Assembly: GCA_030627905.1 (NCBI GenBank)
Contig: DAOVRZ010000016.1
Span: 1,897-65,896 of the forward strand
DNA length: 64,000 bases
DNA from: Halanaerobiales bacterium
GTDB lineage: Bacteria > Bacillota > Halanaerobiia > DY22613
Direction: 5' to 3'
The translations under genes and the position numbers were made by a program. Shown piece by piece: positions 60,254 to 64,000 of the stretch. Below the pieces are notes generated by a model, which made no database searches, had not been told where the DNA came from, and worked only from the letters and a program-made list of their open reading frames with translations. Positions within the stretch are counted from its first letter, which is position 1. Every line of letters begins with the position of its first letter.

Positions 60254-61146
60254 TGGATGTTGCTAAATCAGTATTACAGAAACTAAAAAACAAATCAAAA
60301 AAATCAGGTTTATCATTTCAATTGATATTACAGTTGTTTTGCCAAGAAGAATTTTTAAGAAGATTAAGTCATTCAGAATACCAGGAAAATCTAGTGTTAA
60401 AAGGTGGACTTTTTCTTTTTGCACTGACTAATTTTGAAAGTAGACCTACTATGGATATAGATTTTCTAATGAGAAATCAATCAAATGAAAACGATAAAGT
60501 AGTAAATATGGTTCAAAGAATTATAAACATTAAGACAGAGAATGAATTTATATGCTTTGAGATTAAAGGTATCAGTTCTATAACTCAGCATAAACAATAT
60601 CATGGTGCTAGGGTTAAAATGAGAGGGATAATTGGAAATACCAATACACCATTCGACATTGATTTTGGTGTTGGAGATATTGTTATTCCAAAACCTGTTA
60701 TAAGAGAATTAGCAGTGCAGCTAGAAGATTATGAAAAACCAGAAGTATTAACCTACTCACTGGAATCAACAATTGCTGAAAAGTGGGATGCAATAATAGA
60801 TAGGATGGAATTTAATAGTAGAATGAAAGATTTTTATGATATCTATTATTTAGCCAATCATTATGGCTTTGAAGGACGAAAATTGCAAGAAGCGCTTTTA
60901 GAAACGCTTAATAATCGTGGAAGACTTTATGAGAAAGATACTCTAGAACAAGTTGGATTGTTATCTGAAGAAGATCAGCTCATGACTAGGTGGAAAGTAT
61001 TCGCAAAAAATATAATCCAGGTAAATTTAGATTTTGATATAGTCCTAAAGATGTTAATTGAATTCATTAGAGAACCATTTATGGCTGTAGTTTATGAGAG
61101 TGAATTCTTTGGAGCTTGGGATAGCACAAATGGAAAATGGACTTAA
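60244..61146 (+). CDS. abiEii: Nucleotidyltransferase toxin AbiEii/AbiGii
   Basis: LKGGLFL...RPTMDIDF nucleotidyltransferase motif and C-terminal MKDFYDIYYL. The GTG start overlaps the abiEi stop. Confidence 0.85.
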   Translation: MVIVDVAKSVLQKLKNKSKKSGLSFQLILQLFCQEEFLRRLSHSEYQENLVLKGGLFLFALTNFESRPTMDIDFLMRNQSNENDKVVNMVQRIINIKTENEFICFEIKGISSITQHKQYHGARVKMRGIIGNTNTPFDIDFGVGDIVIPKPVIRELAVQLEDYEKPEVLTYSLESTIAEKWDAIIDRMEFNSRMKDFYDIYYLANHYGFEGRKLQEALLETLNNRGRLYEKDTLEQVGLLSEEDQLMTRWKVFAKNIIQVNLDFDIVLKMLIEFIREPFMAVVYESEFFGAWDSTNGKWT

Positions 61147-61159
61147 CATATTAATGGAA

Positions 61160-61907
61160 TAAGAAAAGAATAACGATGTAAAGGAAGTTCTTAATTATCA
61201 TAAAGGCAATCCAATATGGAGAAAGATTGTTAAATCAAATACCTATATTTACAAGAATGTTCGAAGAATTACATAAGATACTTTTAGGTGATGGGGTTAG
61301 AGGGGCAAATCGAGCTCTTGGCGAATTTAGAATGATTCAAAATTTTATCGGACCAAAAGGATGTACTATTGAAACAGCAAGCTTTGTACCGCCTCCTCCA
61401 CAAAGAGTAGATGAATATATGTCAAATTTAGATAATTATATAAATGAACCTACTGATAGTCTGCATCCTCTGGTAAGAATCGCAATTATTCATGCTCAGT
61501 GTGAAACGATTCATCCATTTTTAGACGGGAACGGTAGAATAGGAAGAATATTAATTTCACTATATCTATTTGATCAAAAAGTATCAGATAGCCCAAATTT
61601 ATTTATAAGTGAAACTTTAGAAAAAGATAAACATAAATATTATAGGTTATTAAATGAGACTAGATCAAAAGAAAATTTGAATCAGTGGATAAAGTTTTTT
61701 TTAGAAAGTATTAATAAGCAAATGGATAAAAGTTTTAATCTGATAAAAAATATCGATTCTCTTTATGAGCGAGATTTAAAATTAGCAATGGATGTTGTAC
61801 CTAATAATAACATTGTAAACTCTATGGATGATAGCTCTAAGTGGGAGATGTTAAATACTGTCCCTTATTGTATTAGAGATGTAGTGAAAATTTATCAGAA
61901 TATCTAA
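61160..61907 (+). pseudogene. Truncated second fic copy (5' truncated, frameshifted near 61210, ~0.24-kb 3' deletion)
   Basis: Near-identical to 58236-59214. Retains HPFLDGNGRIGR but lacks the STKIEG helix and the C-terminal domain. The longest ORF is 61227-61907 from a TTG. Confidence 0.8.
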
Positions 61908-61942
61908 AATCGTTTTAATACTACTAGAAATGAGGTGAGAAA

Positions 61943-63895
61943 ATGAATAAAACCATAGGTGTGTTAGCTCATGTAGATGCTGGCAAAACAACATTTTCAG
62001 AACAGCTACTTTATCACACTAAAAGTATCAGACAAAGAGGGCGAGTTGATCATCAGGATACTTTCTTAGATACTCATGAGATAGAAAAGCAAAGAGGAAT
62101 TACTATTTTTACTGATCAAGCGGTGATGTCATATAAAGGTTCAAGTTATTATTTATTAGATACTCCAGGTCATGTTGATTTCTCACCTGAAATGGAAAGA
62201 GCAATCAAAGTAATGGACTATGCTATAATTATTATCAGCGCAGTCGAAGGGATTGAAGCTCATACTGAGACAGTGTGGCAACTACTTAGAAAACATAATG
62301 TTCCAACATTTTTCTTTATAAACAAATCAGATAGAATTGGTGCAGATATGAGCAGTGTTATAGAAGAAATTAAAATGAATTTCACAAAGAATGTTTGTGA
62401 TATTACAGAAAACTTTACTGAAGGTAAGATGAAAGAGCCTTTAATAGAATTTATCGCAGAAAGAGATGAAGTGTTATTAGAAAAATACTTGGAAGAGAAC
62501 TATGATTTTGAGCTGTGGCTAGATATTATGAAAGCAATGATAAAAGAAAATCTGATCTTTCCATGCGCAAGTGGCTCAGCTTTACAAGATATAGGGATAA
62601 TGAGTTTTCTAGAGAGTTTTGATAGCCTTACCGTTACAAATTACTCAGAAAAGGGATCATTTGCAGGTAGGGTCTATAAAATACGTTATGATGAAAATGG
62701 CGTAAGAACAACCTTTATTAAAGTGCTAAGCGGAATATTAAATATACGAGAAGAAGTGTGTTATAACGATGGTGAAAATGATATTCATGAAAAAATCACT
62801 CAACTGAGAATATATAATGGCAGTAAATTTACAACTGTAAATCAAGTAAAAGCAGGAGAAGTTGTAGCAGTAAATGGTTTATCAAAAGCATCAGCAGGAG
62901 ATGGTATAGGAGCTTTAAAAGAAAAAGCAATTTATGAAATGGTGACAACTTTAAAATCAAAAGTAATATTTGATTCAAGTTTAAATAAAAAAGATGTTTT
63001 AAAAAGGTTTAAAATTCTAGAGGCAGAAGATCCATCTTTGAATGTTAAATGGGATGAAACCTTACAGGAAATACATATTCATGTTATGGGAATTATTCAG
63101 TTAGAAGTATTGGAGCAACTAGTAAAAGATCGTTTTGGTTTCATAGTAACATTTGGAACCCCAGAAATTATCTATAAAGAAACCATTGATACTACTGTAA
63201 ACGGATATGGACATTTTGAGCCTTTAGGTCATTATGCAGAGGTACATCTTAAATTAGAGCCTGGAGAAAGAAATAGTGGCATTATCTTTGATAATAAATG
63301 TCATACTGATTGGCTAACAAAAGGACATCAGAACTTAGTACGTCATCATATATTTGAGAGAGAGCATCATGGATTATTGACAGGCTCGTCGATTACAGAC
63401 ATAAGAGTGACATTGTTAAAAGGTAAAGCCCATAATAAACATACAAGTGGTGGTGATTTTAGAGAAGCTACCTATAGAGCATTAAGACAAGGACTAGAAA
63501 AAGCAAACAATGTCTTACTTGAACCGTATTATGAATTTAAAATCAAAGTGGAGTTAGACCATGTTAGCAGAGTGTTATCAGATTTACAGTATTGCTATGG
63601 AAGTTTTAACTCACCAAAAGTTGTTGGTGAAAAGGCAATAATAACGGGAAAAGTTCCAGTAGCCACTTTTATGAATTATAGTACAAAGTTAGCCTCTTTT
63701 ACAAAGGGTAAAGGTAGACTAAGCTTATTATTTGGTGGATATGATATTTGTCATAACACAGAAGAAGTGGTTGAAAGAAAGGGCTATAACAAATCTGCTG
63801 ATCCTGAATATACTTCATCTTCCATCTTTTGTTCTAAAGGACAAGGCTATACAGTAATATGGGATGAAGCGGAAAGTAAAATGCATTGTTTGTAG
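61943..63895 (+). CDS. Tet(M)/Tet(O)-like ribosomal protection GTPase (EF-G paralogue)
   Basis: 650 aa. IGVLAHVDAGKTT, DTPGHVDF, NKSD. Colinear by eye with Tet(M), including LEPYYEFKI and the C-terminal region. A resistance function is not proven. Confidence 0.7.
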   Translation: MNKTIGVLAHVDAGKTTFSEQLLYHTKSIRQRGRVDHQDTFLDTHEIEKQRGITIFTDQAVMSYKGSSYYLLDTPGHVDFSPEMERAIKVMDYAIIIISAVEGIEAHTETVWQLLRKHNVPTFFFINKSDRIGADMSSVIEEIKMNFTKNVCDITENFTEGKMKEPLIEFIAERDEVLLEKYLEENYDFELWLDIMKAMIKENLIFPCASGSALQDIGIMSFLESFDSLTVTNYSEKGSFAGRVYKIRYDENGVRTTFIKVLSGILNIREEVCYNDGENDIHEKITQLRIYNGSKFTTVNQVKAGEVVAVNGLSKASAGDGIGALKEKAIYEMVTTLKSKVIFDSSLNKKDVLKRFKILEAEDPSLNVKWDETLQEIHIHVMGIIQLEVLEQLVKDRFGFIVTFGTPEIIYKETIDTTVNGYGHFEPLGHYAEVHLKLEPGERNSGIIFDNKCHTDWLTKGHQNLVRHHIFEREHHGLLTGSSITDIRVTLLKGKAHNKHTSGGDFREATYRALRQGLEKANNVLLEPYYEFKIKVELDHVSRVLSDLQYCYGSFNSPKVVGEKAIITGKVPVATFMNYSTKLASFTKGKGRLSLLFGGYDICHNTEEVVERKGYNKSADPEYTSSSIFCSKGQGYTVIWDEAESKMHCL

Positions 63896-64000
63896 TAAAA
63901 GATGATTTAGGATTAGGTAAGGTGAATCATTATTGATGGGTAATTCTCAAGTAAGATGATAATAAGATGAATTTTTAGAGTTTCATGATTCCCCTTATAA

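Overview
This window is the chromosomal replication-origin region of a low-GC, apparently spore-forming Firmicute. The gene content looks Clostridia-like, but I cannot name the species from sequence alone.

Left of the origin, on the minus strand, is the canonical block gyrA(partial)-gyrB-remB-recF-yaaA-dnaN-dnaA. A bipartite oriC of DnaA-box clusters flanks dnaA.

Right of the origin, on the plus strand, the order is:
- rnpA-yidD-yidC-jag-mnmE-mnmG-rsmG-noc-soj-spo0J, with perfect parS sites and a perfect Noc-binding palindrome
- a conserved spo0J-distal neighbourhood: class-V aminotransferase, Spo0E-like, TrkA, DUF554, PrcB-like, DUF4446, M23 peptidase, bactofilin, DagK, YyaC, YkvI-like, TPR, DUF951, ychF
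- rpsF-ssb-rpsR, rplI and a LonC-type protease
- an AT-rich accessory island (35.5-45.2 kb)
- a head-on replication operon (DnaD/DnaB-like, DnaI-like, replicative helicase)
- aroA-type DAHP synthase, then purB-purA-(pck-like)-purD-purE with PurR-type boxes
- a second accessory island: Fic, IS remnant, AbiEi/AbiEii, truncated Fic copy, Tet(M)-like GTPase

The observations most worth a second look:
1. A complete group II intron (RT-maturase-HNH) splits the essential ssb gene.
2. Two unannotated intergenic repeat families are present: a 115-bp triple-hairpin element in 5 copies, and a ~105-110-bp MITE-like element with terminal inverted repeats.
3. The 35.5-45.2 kb island encodes a PUFA/PfaA-like type I PKS with a PPTase and an Fe-S nitroreductase. 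The PKS carries at least five disruptive lesions.
4. The AbiE cassette is bracketed by direct repeats of a fic gene. The downstream fic copy has lost its autoinhibitory helix.
5. rpmH is missing from its canonical dnaA-rnpA position.

I found no rRNA, tRNA or CRISPR array by eye. I cannot point to an unequivocally new multi-gene system. The repeat families and the intron-in-ssb arrangement are the strongest candidates for something undescribed.
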